Source: Bacteroidota bacterium (lineage in GTDB: Bacteria > Bacteroidota > Ignavibacteria > Kapaibacteriales > Kapaibacteriaceae). From it: DNA of 64,000 nt. Where the stretch lies: assembly GCA_041170435.1 (NCBI GenBank), contig JBEAYU010000072.1:6509-70508 (forward strand), given 5' to 3'. Position 1 is the stretch's first letter. Every line of letters starts with the position of its first letter. Below are positions 1-12,379 of this stretch, in pieces. A program made the translations under genes and the position numbers. The notes beneath the pieces are model-generated. The model was not told the origin of the DNA. It worked only from the letters and a program-made list of their open reading frames with translations, and did no database searches.

Positions 1-415
1 TCTCGATGACTGGCTTACGTGGCTCGAAGCACCCCAAGCCCCCTGCCAGAAACACCGTTTTGCCGTGGATGACCGTTCCCCGTGTCGTGGTCACGCGGAA
101 GGAGCCGTCTTCGAGCTTGACGAGTTCCTCGGCACGCTCACCCAGTGTGAACGACGGTTGGAACGGGGCTCCCTGCTTGATCAGATTGTCAACCAGATCA
201 CCGGCCAAGACAGATGGATAGCCGGGAATGTCATAGATCGGCTTCTTGGGATAGATCTCGGCACACTGCCCGCCGGGGATCGGCAGGTAATCGATGAGGT
301 GACACTTCCACTTCAGCAGACCGGCCTCAAACACGGTGAACAGTCCACAGGGCCCTGCACCAATGACGATCACGTCAGTGGTATGGACCGAAGAAGGTGT
401 TGTTTCCGACGTCAT
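1..415 (-). CDS. Ferredoxin--NADP(+) reductase, thioredoxin-reductase-like (YumC/Chlorobium type); N-terminal part only, gene runs off the left edge
   Basis: My reverse-strand translation from ATG (complement of 413-415) reads MTSETTPSSVHTTDVIVIGAGPCGLFTVFEAGLLKWKCHLIDYLPIPGGQCAEIYPKKPIYDIPGYPSVLAGDLV... It has a GxGxxG FAD fold plus the P.PGGQ...YP.K.IYD.PG.P signature of this FNR type. It is absent from the ORF track because no stop lies in the window. Confidence 0.75.
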   Translation of the reverse strand, partial: MTSETTPSSVHTTDVIVIGAGPCGLFTVFEAGLLKWKCHLIDYLPIPGGQCAEIYPKKPIYDIPGYPSVLAGDLVDNLIKQGAPFQPSFTLGERAEELVKLEDGSFRVTTTRGTVIHGKTVFLAGGLGCFEPRKPVIE

Positions 416-1509
416 GATGTGCCTTTCTCCTGATGTAATGTTTGCGAAAATAACCGAACGCGAACACCCGAACGCATCACGATGATCCATGCGATGCCTC
501 CAACGGCGAGCGCTACCCCTTGGTTGGCGATCCATGAAACCATGGCAAACACGAAGCCGTCATATGCCGTGGCTCCATAAAGTGAGACCACGGCGATCTG
601 TCCGGCAACGTGATACACACCGATCGCTCCGGGCGTAGGAGCAATCGTGACGGACACAGCAAGGATCACGAGGAGCAATAGCGCACTTGACAAAGAAGAA
701 TGCGCAAGAGTTCCGTAAGGCATTGAAAACAGCGTAAGCCATGTCGTGATGGCGTACAGCGTCCAGATCAAAACGGTGTGAAACGCGATATGTACCAACA
801 GTCGGGGCTGCCGTATGGCGTCAAAACCCCTGCGAAGGCGTTGTAGCACGCCTACAAGCGCGTCGGCTGAGCGCGCGTGCATCCTGCCCAATGTTGCTGC
901 AATGATCGTCTCACCCCACCGGGTAAAGAGCACCAGGATGATCAGAGCCATCAACACACCCAAGAGCGTCACCAGACTTACAAGCGTCGATCGTGCATCG
1001 GCCGCTGCAAAGGTCGACGGTGCACTGCCCTGGAGGCGCATCATGGTGGTCGTCAGTTCATCTTGGCCGTATGTCATGACCAACAATAGCGCTCCAAGCA
1101 GAGACAGCACGTCCAGCATCCGCTCTATCACGACGCTTCCAATAGCTGCCTCCGGGGCAAGTCCGATTCTTTGCGCAAGAACCAACGGACGAGCCACTTC
1201 ACCCGAGCGCGGAACCAACGCGTTGGCAGCATAACCGATCATGACGGCATTGAAGGCCGGGCTGAGTGGTACCTCAACTCCGCTCGGACGCAGCAGGATT
1301 TGCCAGCGGATGGCACGACTGACATGGGCAAGAAGACCTGTCACGATCGACGCAAGGATCCAGAACGGATCTACGCTCAGAATGTCGGAAACGATCTTCG
1401 AACGGTCAATCCCACCCATTCCGCTGAGAAGATACCTAGACGTTAGAACCAGCAATACCGCCGGGAGCAGGTATGTGGAGACCAAACGAATGATCTTACG
1501 CATGACCAT
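412..1509 (-). CDS. Flippase-like / lysylphosphatidylglycerol-synthase TM-region family (UPF0104) membrane protein
   Basis: ORF 412-1560 is polytopic and contains ...LAHVSRAIRWQILLRP..., typical of the UPF0104 family. The start is probably an internal ATG at 1509 or 1503, because the 1560 start would overlap the uvrA 3' end by 65 nt. Its stop overlaps the FNR start (ATGA at 412-415). Confidence 0.6.
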   Translation of the reverse strand: MVMRKIIRLVSTYLLPAVLLVLTSRYLLSGMGGIDRSKIVSDILSVDPFWILASIVTGLLAHVSRAIRWQILLRPSGVEVPLSPAFNAVMIGYAANALVPRSGEVARPLVLAQRIGLAPEAAIGSVVIERMLDVLSLLGALLLVMTYGQDELTTTMMRLQGSAPSTFAAADARSTLVSLVTLLGVLMALIILVLFTRWGETIIAATLGRMHARSADALVGVLQRLRRGFDAIRQPRLLVHIAFHTVLIWTLYAITTWLTLFSMPYGTLAHSSLSSALLLLVILAVSVTIAPTPGAIGVYHVAGQIAVVSLYGATAYDGFVFAMVSWIANQGVALAVGGIAWIIVMRSGVRVRLFSQTLHQEKGTS

Positions 1510-4420
1510 TCTTGGAACTCTTTCTGGCTCGACTAGGGGGCTTGGCAGCAACCCCACCATGATGCGTATAAAACTCCTTCAGTGCCGCTCCGGTGTGCGA
1601 TGTCGCATGGCTGGAGACAGCATGGGGCGTGCCGGCGGCAACGATGCGACCACCGCGTTCCCCACCCTCCGGACCAACATCAATGACCCAGTCGGCAGAG
1701 CTGATCACATGGAGGTTGTGCTCGATAATCAGGAGCGTATGACCCATGTCAACCAGCCGATCAAAGGCTACCAGAAGTTTCGAAACATCATCAACATGCA
1801 GACCGGTCGTCGGCTCGTCAAAGATGAACAAACGCGATCCCTCGGATTGTGCTTCGAGGTGCCCCGCAAGCTTGACGCGCTGAGCCTCTCCCCCGCTGAG
1901 CTGCGTCGAGGGCTGACCGAGCCGCACGTAGCCAAGTCCGACGTCGCTGAGGATCTTCAACTTGTTGACGATCCTAGGATACTCGACAAAGTGCACCATC
2001 GCCTCATCGACGGTCAGGTTTAGGACGTCGATGATCGTCTTGCCGTTATAGGTGATGGTCCGTGCATCCCTCTTGTAGCGAGTACCCTGGCACGCCTCGC
2101 ACGGAAGCGTGATATCAGGCAGGAACTGCATCTCGATGTCAACCGAGCCAGCCCCCTCACATGCTTCACAGCGGCCGCCGGCCACGTTGAACGAGAAGTA
2201 CCCAGCCTTCCAGCCAAGCTGCTTTGCCACCTGTGTCGAGGCGTACACATCACGGATGAGATCGAAGACCTTGACGTACGTGGCGGGTGTCGACCGAGTG
2301 GACCTACCGATCGGGCTTTGGTCGACCATCTCGACGCCGGTGATATGCTCCAGACCGTCGATCCTTAGGCACGGTCCGGCTTCACCCGAATACGTGCCGA
2401 AGGCTCGCTGAATTCCGGCATAGATCACGTCGTGAACAAGTGAGCTCTTACCCGATCCGGACACGCCAGTCACGACACACATCGTTCCGAGGGGGATCCT
2501 GACCGTGTCGCCCTTCAGGTTGTTATGAAGGGGCTTGATGATGACGATCTCTTGTCCGCTTCCACTGCGGAAAGACTGCTTCGGCGCAACCGTGCGGTGG
2601 CCGCGTAGATACTCGGCCGTCAACGAACTGCCCTCGTTCATCATGTCCTTGAGGCTGCCGCTGAACATCACCTGCCCACCATGCTCCCCCGCGCGAGGAC
2701 CGATGTCGATGACGTGATCGGCGGTACGGATGACGTCGAGATCGTGTTCGACCACGATGACGGTATTGCCAAGCCCCTTGAGCCGCTGAAGAATGTTCAG
2801 AAGTCGGCCCGTGTCACGCGGATGAAGACCGATGCTTGGCTCGTCGAGCACGTACAACGTGCCAACCAATGCACTGCCGAGTGAGGAAGCCAGATTGATG
2901 CGCTGCGATTCTCCTCCCGAGAGAGTATGCGAGAGTCGATCCAGGGTCAAATACTCAAGACCGATCTCACAAAGAAGCCCGAGGCGCCGACGGATCTCCG
3001 ATAGCACCTGACCGGCTATGGCCATTTCTTGATCTGTAAGACGCAGCTCGTCAAAATGCCGACGTGCCTGCTCCAGGGTCATCGATACGACCGACGGAAT
3101 GTTCTGCCCACCAACGAACACCTGCCGAGCTGCTGTGCGCAGTCTCGAGCCTTGGCATCCAGAGCACGTTGTGAACCCACGATACCGCGACAACATCACG
3201 CGGTAGTGCGTCTTGTAGGACTTATCCTCGAGCATCTGAAAGAAGCCGTCAATGCCGATGAACTTTCCAAAACCGCTCCGTACGAGTGACATCTCGTCGG
3301 ACGTCAGTTGACTGAAGGGTTTATCAACCGGTAGTCCAACTGAATCGGCCTCAGCCACGAGATACCGTTGATGGATCCCGAATGTCTCACCACGAAACGG
3401 ATGGATGGCACCACGACGGATCGAAAGCCCACGATCGGGCACAACAAGATTCATGTCCAAACCGACGCTTCTGCCGAAGCCTTGACACTTGGGGCATGCT
3501 CCGAACGGACTGTTGAAGGAAAACAGTCGTGGTTCCGGCTCGACATAGGTGGTGCGGCTTTGTGCGCTTTCGAATCGCGAGGAGAAATACTGGTCGCGTC
3601 CGGTTGCCATATCACGCAGGATCACCCGTCCGCCGCCGGCGTTGAAGGCCTGCTCGATCGAGTCGGTCAGCCGAGTGATCGTCTCGTCATCGTTCCGGAC
3701 GACGATTCGGTCGACCACGACAAAGACCTCCGTGTGCGGCCCGGGAAGCTCGCTGACATCGTCAAGCTCCTGCATCTGCGTCGATGCGCCAAAGAGCAGG
3801 CGTGAATAGCCCCTTGCCAACAGGCTTTCACGCACAATGTCAAGCGTAGCATGTTCCTTCGGTAGCTCGAACAACAGGAACAGCCGCGAGCCCAATGAAT
3901 TCTTCAGTAGATCCTCAACGACCGACTGCGGCGTATCCTTTCGGATCACTTCGCCGGTTTCTTTGTCGATGACCTGACCGATGCGACCGTAAAGCAGACG
4001 CAGATAGTCATACACTTCGGTGGTCGTTCCGATCGTCGATCGGGGATTCTTTGTGAACGTCTGCTGTTCAATGGCAACGGCAGGGGGCAACCCGGTGATG
4101 GTATCCACGTCAGGCTTGTCCATGCGATCCAAGAACTGGCGTGCATACGCGCTGAGGGACTCAACGAATCGACGCTGGCCCTCGGCATAGATCGTATCAA
4201 ATGCCAGTGACGACTTCCCGCTGCCTGAGGGACCCGTGATGACGGTCAGAGCATTTCGAGGAACGTCTACATCCACGTTCTTGAGGTTGTGAACGCGCGC
4301 TCCCCTGACCGAGATGGTCTTTGTGCGCACGGGACGGTTGGCAGGGGCCTCAGATGGTGTCGTTGAGTTCAAACCGAACAACGAAATTAGGGCTTTTCCG
4401 GCCCCAACGGTGCGGATCAT
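1496..4420 (-). CDS. uvrA: Excinuclease ABC subunit A
   Basis: [49 protein letters not shown], two ABC ATPase modules and zinc-finger CxxC pairs. The start was moved to the ATG at 4418-4420 (MIRTVGAG...) because the upstream part of the 1097-aa ORF runs antisense through rpmB. Confidence 0.95.
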   Translation of the reverse strand: MIRTVGAGKALISLFGLNSTTPSEAPANRPVRTKTISVRGARVHNLKNVDVDVPRNALTVITGPSGSGKSSLAFDTIYAEGQRRFVESLSAYARQFLDRMDKPDVDTITGLPPAVAIEQQTFTKNPRSTIGTTTEVYDYLRLLYGRIGQVIDKETGEVIRKDTPQSVVEDLLKNSLGSRLFLLFELPKEHATLDIVRESLLARGYSRLLFGASTQMQELDDVSELPGPHTEVFVVVDRIVVRNDDETITRLTDSIEQAFNAGGGRVILRDMATGRDQYFSSRFESAQSRTTYVEPEPRLFSFNSPFGACPKCQGFGRSVGLDMNLVVPDRGLSIRRGAIHPFRGETFGIHQRYLVAEADSVGLPVDKPFSQLTSDEMSLVRSGFGKFIGIDGFFQMLEDKSYKTHYRVMLSRYRGFTTCSGCQGSRLRTAARQVFVGGQNIPSVVSMTLEQARRHFDELRLTDQEMAIAGQVLSEIRRRLGLLCEIGLEYLTLDRLSHTLSGGESQRINLASSLGSALVGTLYVLDEPSIGLHPRDTGRLLNILQRLKGLGNTVIVVEHDLDVIRTADHVIDIGPRAGEHGGQVMFSGSLKDMMNEGSSLTAEYLRGHRTVAPKQSFRSGSGQEIVIIKPLHNNLKGDTVRIPLGTMCVVTGVSGSGKSSLVHDVIYAGIQRAFGTYSGEAGPCLRIDGLEHITGVEMVDQSPIGRSTRSTPATYVKVFDLIRDVYASTQVAKQLGWKAGYFSFNVAGGRCEACEGAGSVDIEMQFLPDITLPCEACQGTRYKRDARTITYNGKTIIDVLNLTVDEAMVHFVEYPRIVNKLKILSDVGLGYVRLGQPSTQLSGGEAQRVKLAGHLEAQSEGSRLFIFDEPTTGLHVDDVSKLLVAFDRLVDMGHTLLIIEHNLHVISSADWVIDVGPEGGERGGRIVAAGTPHAVSSHATSHTGAALKEFYTHHGGVAAKPPSRARKSSKNGHA

Positions 4421-4430
4421 GGCATGATAC

Positions 4431-4460
4431 TTGCTTATGTGGACAACATCCGGTAATTTG
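4431..4460 (+). promoter_or_regulatory. Candidate Bacteroidota-type sigma-A promoter of rpmB (TTG-N20-TAATTTG)
   Basis: TTG at 4431-4433 and TAATTTG at 4454-4460 match the -33 TTG / -7 TAnnTTTG architecture, 41 nt upstream of the rpmB ATG. Confidence 0.4.
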
Positions 4461-4501
4461 CCGGTCTTGTTTACGTAACTGTCAGGAAATGGAGTCCAAT
4501 C

Positions 4502-4723
4502 ATGGCTCGTCGCTGTGAACTCACGGGTGTAGGTGTGATGTACGGCAACAATGTGTCGCACGCAAACAACAAGACGCGTCGGCGCTTTATGCCCAACATC
4601 CAAAAGAAGCGCGTATGGGTGCCTGAAGAAGGCCGTTGGGTAACGGTCAAGATCACGGCCAGTGCTTTGAAGACGCTTGACAAGGTCGGCTACACGGCCA
4701 TGCGCAAGCGTGCCGCCAAGTAA
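4502..4723 (+). CDS. rpmB: 50S ribosomal protein L28
   Basis: MARRCELTGVGVMYGNNVSHANNKTRRRFMPNIQKKRVWVPEEGRWV... is the classic L28 sequence. Confidence 0.95.
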   Translation: MARRCELTGVGVMYGNNVSHANNKTRRRFMPNIQKKRVWVPEEGRWVTVKITASALKTLDKVGYTAMRKRAAK

Positions 4724-4748
4724 TCCCGCTCGTTGTTCAGCTCCCTGA

Positions 4749-4773
4749 AAGGTCGCCCATGCGGCCTTTTTTC
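4749..4773 (+). terminator. Rho-independent terminator after rpmB
   Basis: 8-bp stem AAGGTCGC / GCGGCCTT (one G-U pair), 4-nt loop CCAT, followed by a T-run (4767-4772). Confidence 0.6.
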
Positions 4774-4818
4774 GTTGATATCCTGTCATAACTTGCCGTC
4801 TCTGACGTCAACGCAACA

Positions 4819-6441
4819 GTGAATCACACGCGCATATATCGGCGACCGTATGCCCACAGTGGCATCGCCTTCCTAATCGTTACGCTTGCCTGTGCAGCGT
4901 TTGCACCGACTGCCGAAGCGCAGCGCGGCACGGCAACTTCCCGGGCTGATTCAGTTCGGAAAGCAAAGGAGTACTTCATCAATGGTACGACCCTGCAGCT
5001 GCAAGGTGGCAGAGCTGCCGAGGCCATTTTGGAGTTTCAGCAGGCCTTGCGTTTCGACACCACATCGACATGCTTGGCGGCGATCGCTCGCAGCTATGTG
5101 GAGCTTGGCAAGCTCGAGATCGCCCATGAATACGTGACGATGGCACTTGGCCGCAACAAGGAATCGACCGATAGCTGGGAACTCCTTGCCGAGATCGAAG
5201 TACAGCGTGGCCGTTATGACGAGGGGCTTCTTGCCTACGAACAGATCCTCTCTCTGAAGCCGACACGGCGTCACATACAGACACTGGCACGGTTGTACGA
5301 ACCTCGCAATGCTCGCCGTGCGATTGAGCTCTATGAACAACTCATTGAGTCAAAGTCCGACCTCTTTCTACTCGAGCGTCTGGCAGAACTCTATCAGCGA
5401 CTCAATGATGACGTCGGCCTGATCAAGACCTTCCGGCGTGCGGCAGAGATCGATCCTGCAGACGCTCAGATAGCGATCAATCTCGCTTTTGGGTACGTGC
5501 GCCAAGGAATGTTTGATGAGCTCAAAGATCTGCTCGGCCGCTGGACGGACCGTGATCCTGAGCTTAAGGGATCTGCCCGAGTATGGCTTGCAGCACTATC
5601 GGCGCTACACGAGGATACACTGGTCACGGGTATGTACGCGGACCAAACCACGGAGTTCATTGACGCATCGTTTCTGGTCCACTTATCATCATGGCCTGTG
5701 ATGTGCCTGTCTGCGGCCGTGGCCAGCCAGGTGCGGGATACATCTCGCATGATTCGTCATCTTGATGCGGCAGTCGTTGCTCCTGAGTCGATCGTAGAGA
5801 CCTATCTCGAAGCATATCGGCTTTGCATGCTCAACGACATGCATTATCAAGCACTTCGATATGTCAAGAATGGTCAGAGGAAGTATTCCGCCGACCTGAG
5901 ACTTCTCTACGCCGAAGCCTCGATACACTATGAGCAAGGGCAGGATCAACGTGCCATTGGGATCTATCGCGAGATCCTCGAAATGTCGCCCGTTCAAGTT
6001 GACGCGTGGTCTCAGCTTGGCTGGCTGTATGATCGTCGCGGTCACCTCGATAGCTCCGACGCCTGCTATGAGAGGGCCTTGCAGATCGATCCCAGAAACT
6101 CGTTCGTCTGCAACAACTATGCATACTCGCTCTGCCTTCGTGGCAACGATCTCGAGCGAGCCCTGTCACTGTCGAGAACGTCCCTCGAGACGGAACCGGA
6201 AAATCCGGCATACCTCGACACTTATGCGTGGATCCTCTATCACCTCGGTCGACTGGATCAAGCTATCGAAGCCGCAAAGGCTGCGATCATACATGGCGGC
6301 AACGCGACCCACTACGAACACTTCGGCTACATCCTTGAGGCTCGTGGCGAGACATCATTGGCCACAGAGGCCTGGATGAAATCTCTTGAACTGGATCCAA
6401 AGCGGACTCATCTGCAGGCCAAGATCGACCGATATCGCTGA
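4819..6441 (+). CDS. Secreted tetratricopeptide-repeat (TPR) protein
   Basis: GTG start and a signal-peptide-like N-terminus (IAFLIVTLACAAFAPTAEAQ). TPR-like A/Y/L-rich repeats occur throughout (e.g. AWSQLGWLYDRRGHLDSSDACYERALQIDPRN). Confidence 0.75.
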   Translation: MNHTRIYRRPYAHSGIAFLIVTLACAAFAPTAEAQRGTATSRADSVRKAKEYFINGTTLQLQGGRAAEAILEFQQALRFDTTSTCLAAIARSYVELGKLEIAHEYVTMALGRNKESTDSWELLAEIEVQRGRYDEGLLAYEQILSLKPTRRHIQTLARLYEPRNARRAIELYEQLIESKSDLFLLERLAELYQRLNDDVGLIKTFRRAAEIDPADAQIAINLAFGYVRQGMFDELKDLLGRWTDRDPELKGSARVWLAALSALHEDTLVTGMYADQTTEFIDASFLVHLSSWPVMCLSAAVASQVRDTSRMIRHLDAAVVAPESIVETYLEAYRLCMLNDMHYQALRYVKNGQRKYSADLRLLYAEASIHYEQGQDQRAIGIYREILEMSPVQVDAWSQLGWLYDRRGHLDSSDACYERALQIDPRNSFVCNNYAYSLCLRGNDLERALSLSRTSLETEPENPAYLDTYAWILYHLGRLDQAIEAAKAAIIHGGNATHYEHFGYILEARGETSLATEAWMKSLELDPKRTHLQAKIDRYR

Positions 6442-6470
6442 TCATCACCAACAACTGTTCCAACACGTAT

Positions 6471-6668
6471 ATGAAACAGCCACAAAGCACAGACCCACAA
6501 GACTACGAAGTCCTCATCCGTCGTCGTGGTGAATCTGATTACGCATCATACTGCCCGCAACTTGCACATATGATCAAGGGGCAAGCACATGAAGAAGTCG
6601 AAGAGGCAATGAAGCAGCACGTCCTTGCCTATATCGAGTCGCTGAAGAGCGCTACAACGCTTGCCTGA
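6471..6668 (+). CDS. Small HicB-like (UPF0150) protein, no adjacent HicA
   Basis: 65 aa. YEVLIRRRGESDYASYCPQLAHMIKGQAHEEVEEAMKQHV resembles the HicB N-terminal fold pattern. No DNA-binding extension and no HicA-like ORF nearby. Confidence 0.45.
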   Translation: MKQPQSTDPQDYEVLIRRRGESDYASYCPQLAHMIKGQAHEEVEEAMKQHVLAYIESLKSATTLA

Positions 6669-6690
6669 ACGTTCTTGGTTGTGAACGAGC

Positions 6691-7188
6691 ATGACATCGG
6701 ACATCGCATCTGGATACTTGCTCATGCGGCGTTGGGAGACGCGACTTGTCATCGCATGGATCGTGATGATTTCAATCGGGGTGCTTTGTCTCTTCGTATC
6801 GATGGCATTGGCACAGTGGATCTCGCTGCTGACCATTGCGATAGGCGTTCTCCTGTATCTGCTGCTGTCGTCGGCAGTTAGCCCAACCTACAGCGGAACG
6901 ACAGGCGCTGCCAAGATGATCTTTGCGTTGCCGCCCATGATGATCTCGGCACTCTTCTTTGGGGTGCTCGACCGCTGGATGCGCCGTGTGGGCTTTGGAG
7001 TCAAGATGCGCGTTGGCGTCACCTCGCTTGCTCTCGTGGCCGTCGCCACACCGTGGGCATCACCGTCTGCATTAGTGCTATTGCTCATGTGTGGACTGAC
7101 CTCCGCGCTGATGCGAGTACGGTTTTCTTCTGCCATCGCCTGCATTCCATCGGCCCTTGCCCTTCTCATCATCATGGCAGGCAGGTAA
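6691..7188 (+). CDS. Hypothetical multi-pass membrane protein
   Basis: 165 aa with 4-5 hydrophobic helices and no recognisable motif. It ends 3 nt before the CPBP gene. Confidence 0.55.
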   Translation: MTSDIASGYLLMRRWETRLVIAWIVMISIGVLCLFVSMALAQWISLLTIAIGVLLYLLLSSAVSPTYSGTTGAAKMIFALPPMMISALFFGVLDRWMRRVGFGVKMRVGVTSLALVAVATPWASPSALVLLLMCGLTSALMRVRFSSAIACIPSALALLIIMAGR

Positions 7189-7191
7189 CCG

Positions 7192-8145
7192 TTGTCGATG
7201 AACAATGAGTTTACACTGAACGGATCTACACAGTCCTGGACGCGGCACTGGGTGGTGCGTTTGCTCGTGCTCGTGGTCATCGTCGAAACAGCAACTCCGC
7301 TCATGTACGGAATGTTCATGGTTTCGGAACTACTCCACCCATGGGACCCATATCATCTGTCCGGGATAATGTGCGCACTTATTGGTTTGACCGCTCTCGG
7401 TTCGATGATCCTTCTCGAGCACCGTCATATTGGTGGACATTCGACAATGGCATCGGGACTGATTCCGACATCGCGATCGCCTCGTCTGTTCGTCGGAGGT
7501 GTGCTGTGGGCAACGGCGATGATCGCTGCCGTCGGATTGGTGGCAGTGGCTCTTGGAGCTCGACTTGTCGAGAGTCAACTCAGCTTAGGACGTTACAGCC
7601 TTGCTTTCAGCATTGCCTTGTCCACCGGCGAAGAACTTGTCTTTCGTGCGGGCATGCTCTCGATCGTGTCCGAGCGTTTTGGTTCAGTGACCGGCGTGAT
7701 TGTGACAAGCCTGGTGTTTGGTCTCATCCATCTGAGCAATCCTGATGCTGGCCTTCTGAGCACACTCAACACCGTATTGATCGGCCTCGCATTCGGTGTC
7801 ACAACCGTACGATCGGGCTCTATCTGGACGGCCGTCGGGTGCCACGCAACGTGGAATCTGCTCGTGGCACTCTTCTTCGGAACCGTCAGTGGCTTTGTTG
7901 GATCGGAAATGGGCCTGTCATGGTTCACACTGGTGACGGACGAGTCATCGTTGACCACGACGTTGTTTCCCGGCGCTTACGGAATCGAAGCAAGCCCCCT
8001 TGCCACATTGGTCATCATCATTTCTTTTCCCTTTCTTCGTCATATCTCACGGCCCGACCCATACATCATGGCAGCTCGGTATCGCGACGCATTTTCAACC
8101 AGACATTCTCCCGTCACCATCCCCCACTCCATAACACAGTCATGA
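7192..8145 (+). CDS. CPBP (CAAX/Abi) family intramembrane glutamic metalloprotease
   Basis: All three family motifs are present: EELVFRAG, FGLIHLSN and HATWNLL. The protein is polytopic. Start is TTG 7192 or ATG 7198. Confidence 0.8.
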   Translation: MSMNNEFTLNGSTQSWTRHWVVRLLVLVVIVETATPLMYGMFMVSELLHPWDPYHLSGIMCALIGLTALGSMILLEHRHIGGHSTMASGLIPTSRSPRLFVGGVLWATAMIAAVGLVAVALGARLVESQLSLGRYSLAFSIALSTGEELVFRAGMLSIVSERFGSVTGVIVTSLVFGLIHLSNPDAGLLSTLNTVLIGLAFGVTTVRSGSIWTAVGCHATWNLLVALFFGTVSGFVGSEMGLSWFTLVTDESSLTTTLFPGAYGIEASPLATLVIIISFPFLRHISRPDPYIMAARYRDAFSTRHSPVTIPHSITQS

Positions 8146-9290
8146 AGCACCGAATAGTTCTGATTCTGACTCTTCTGGTTGCGAGCACGCACATGCATGC
8201 TCAGTGGGTTGCCATGTCAACCGAGGCTGACTCGCTGGTTCAGCTCGGGACGCGGCATGTGTATAATGTCGAGTTCGAACAAGCCCAAGATGTATTCGAC
8301 GAGGTCATTCGCCGGTATCCGACGCATCCGGCAGGGTACTTTCTCGACGCGATGATCGAATGGTGGAAGATGACGATCGGACAGACCAGCCCAAGCGTCG
8401 AAGCTCGCTTTCTTGCCAAACTCGACAAGGTCATCTCGGTCTGCGACGCCAACCTGGCAGCAAGTCCAAAGGACATCGCATCTCTCTTTTTCAAAGGGGG
8501 CGCATTGGGCTATAGAGGACGGTACAACGCCACGCGCAACAACATGCTCAGTGCCGCAGAAGATGGACGCGTGGCTCTTGGAATCTTGAACGACTGCCAA
8601 AAGATCGCACCCGGGAATCACGACATTCTGCTCGGCACTGGACTCTACAACTACTGGGCAGCTGTCCTGCCGGAAAAATACCCGGCACTGAAGCCCGTGA
8701 TGATCTTTCTTCCAAAGGGCGACAAGATCATTGGTCTTGCACAGCTCAAGGCCGCGGCGCGTCAGGCACGATACGCGGCAGTCGAAGCAAAGGTGGTTCT
8801 CGTTCAGGCATACTTCGATTTCGAAAAGAATGCTCTCGAGGCTATCGAGTTTGCCCGTGACCTCCACAGATCCTACCCCCGCAATCCCGCATTTCACCGT
8901 GCCTATGGTCGATGCCTAGTATCCCTGGGTCCGATCGATTCGGCGGCAGCAGTCTGGCGCGATGTGCTCAACCGTTGCCTCGATAAGTGGCCCGGATATC
9001 ATCGCAATGCCGCTCGAGAGGCCCTCTATTACGTGGGCGTATCACTCATGATACGGGGCGATCTGGACAAGGCACTCACATACTTCTATAAGTGCGACGA
9101 GGCCTGTCGAAAGATCGACGAAGATGCATCAGGCTTCATCATCAAGACCAACCTGAAGGTCGGTCAGATCTACGATCTGCAAGGAAAGCGCGATCTGGCC
9201 ATCAAGCAATACAAGAAGATTCTGTCGTGGTCCGATAACAATGGCTCACACGCCGAGGCACAGCGCTACCTGACCACCCCATATCGATGA
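8142..9290 (+). CDS. Secreted TPR-like protein
   Basis: The internal ATG at 8142 gives the signal peptide MKHRIVLILTLLVASTHMHAQ and overlaps the CPBP stop (ATGA). The longer 7839 start lies inside the CPBP gene in another frame. Confidence 0.65.
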   Translation: MKHRIVLILTLLVASTHMHAQWVAMSTEADSLVQLGTRHVYNVEFEQAQDVFDEVIRRYPTHPAGYFLDAMIEWWKMTIGQTSPSVEARFLAKLDKVISVCDANLAASPKDIASLFFKGGALGYRGRYNATRNNMLSAAEDGRVALGILNDCQKIAPGNHDILLGTGLYNYWAAVLPEKYPALKPVMIFLPKGDKIIGLAQLKAAARQARYAAVEAKVVLVQAYFDFEKNALEAIEFARDLHRSYPRNPAFHRAYGRCLVSLGPIDSAAAVWRDVLNRCLDKWPGYHRNAAREALYYVGVSLMIRGDLDKALTYFYKCDEACRKIDEDASGFIIKTNLKVGQIYDLQGKRDLAIKQYKKILSWSDNNGSHAEAQRYLTTPYR

Positions 9291-9332
9291 GTGACGGCGT
9301 ATTTTTGTGTTTCTACCACCACGGTGAAAACA

Positions 9333-11464
<2,132 letters not shown>

Positions 11465-11468
<4 letters not shown>

Positions 11469-12361
11469 TCCGCGCCGGCATCGACATCGGCACCAACACC
11501 GCGCTGATGGTCATCGCCGATGTGTCTGCAGACGGGTCGATCGATGTTCTTGAGGACGTGCACACCTTGCCGCGTCTGGGAGAAGGCCTCATGGAATCGG
11601 GTTCGATCAGCGAATCATCGATCCTGCGCGCCATCGATTCGATGCAGACCTTCGCATCGCACCTGAACGTTGTCAAGCCCGAGCGTGTGCGCATTGTTGC
11701 CACGAGCGCCATGCGCGAGGCTCGCAACGGTTCCGACGTGCGGCGCATTCTTGAGGGCATCGTCGGATACCCGATCGAGATCATCGACGGCGGCACCGAG
11801 GCCAGGCTGACCTTTCTGGGGGCGGTTGGCAACCGGCAGACGACAGAACTTGTGATCGATATTGGAGGGGGCTCTACGGAGTATGCAGCAGGTCGCGATG
11901 GTGTGGTCTCAACTGCTCAGAGCATTCCCATCGGAGCAGTGAAGTTCACCGAGCAGTTTGCCCGGATTCGTCCCGTGCAGCCTGACGCGATGGATGAGGC
12001 ACGGCACGTGGTACGATCTCTCTTGCGCGATCGACGTGACCTTCACGGTGTGAGCAGCACATGTACCGGTGTGGCCGGCACGCCCACCGCTCTGGCGATG
12101 ATCGATGCCAAACAGCCCTCATATCGAGCCGACGTTCTCGACGGATATCAGCTTTCGCATTCTCGGATCGCTGAGCTCGGCTCATGGCTCTGCAGTCTCA
12201 CCCTTGATGAGCTTCGCTCCATCCCCGGCCTGCATGAGCGCCGCGCTGACATTGTTCCGATGGGCGCTGTGATCCTTGCCGAATCGATGGCAGTACTCGG
12301 TTGCACAACGATGACTGTCGCAGTGCGCGGTCTCCGTTTCGGTGCTATGTTGACGGCCTGA
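11465..12361 (+). CDS. Ppx/GppA family phosphatase (N-terminal ASKHA domains only)
   Basis: [17 protein letters not shown]..., [11 protein letters not shown] and DIGGGSTEY motifs. The start overlaps the mutase stop (ATGA). Confidence 0.8.
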
Positions 12362-12379
12362 ATACTGGAGGGTCCTTCC

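Noticed and set aside
4421-4789. N-terminal 123-codon extension of the uvrA ORF
   Set aside because: The extension runs antisense through the well-supported rpmB gene and its promoter and terminator. Canonical UvrA begins just before [13 protein letters not shown], which is reached from ATG 4420.
7839-8141. Upstream extension of the 483-aa ORF into the CPBP gene
   Set aside because: It overlaps the CPBP protease in a different frame. The internal ATG at 8142 yields a clean signal peptide and a stop-start ATGA junction.
9291-9332. Upstream start (9291) for the methylmalonyl-CoA mutase ORF
   Set aside because: It would place a TATTTTTG promoter-like box inside the coding region and add a non-conserved 14-aa leader. 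ATG 9333 gives the usual N-terminus.
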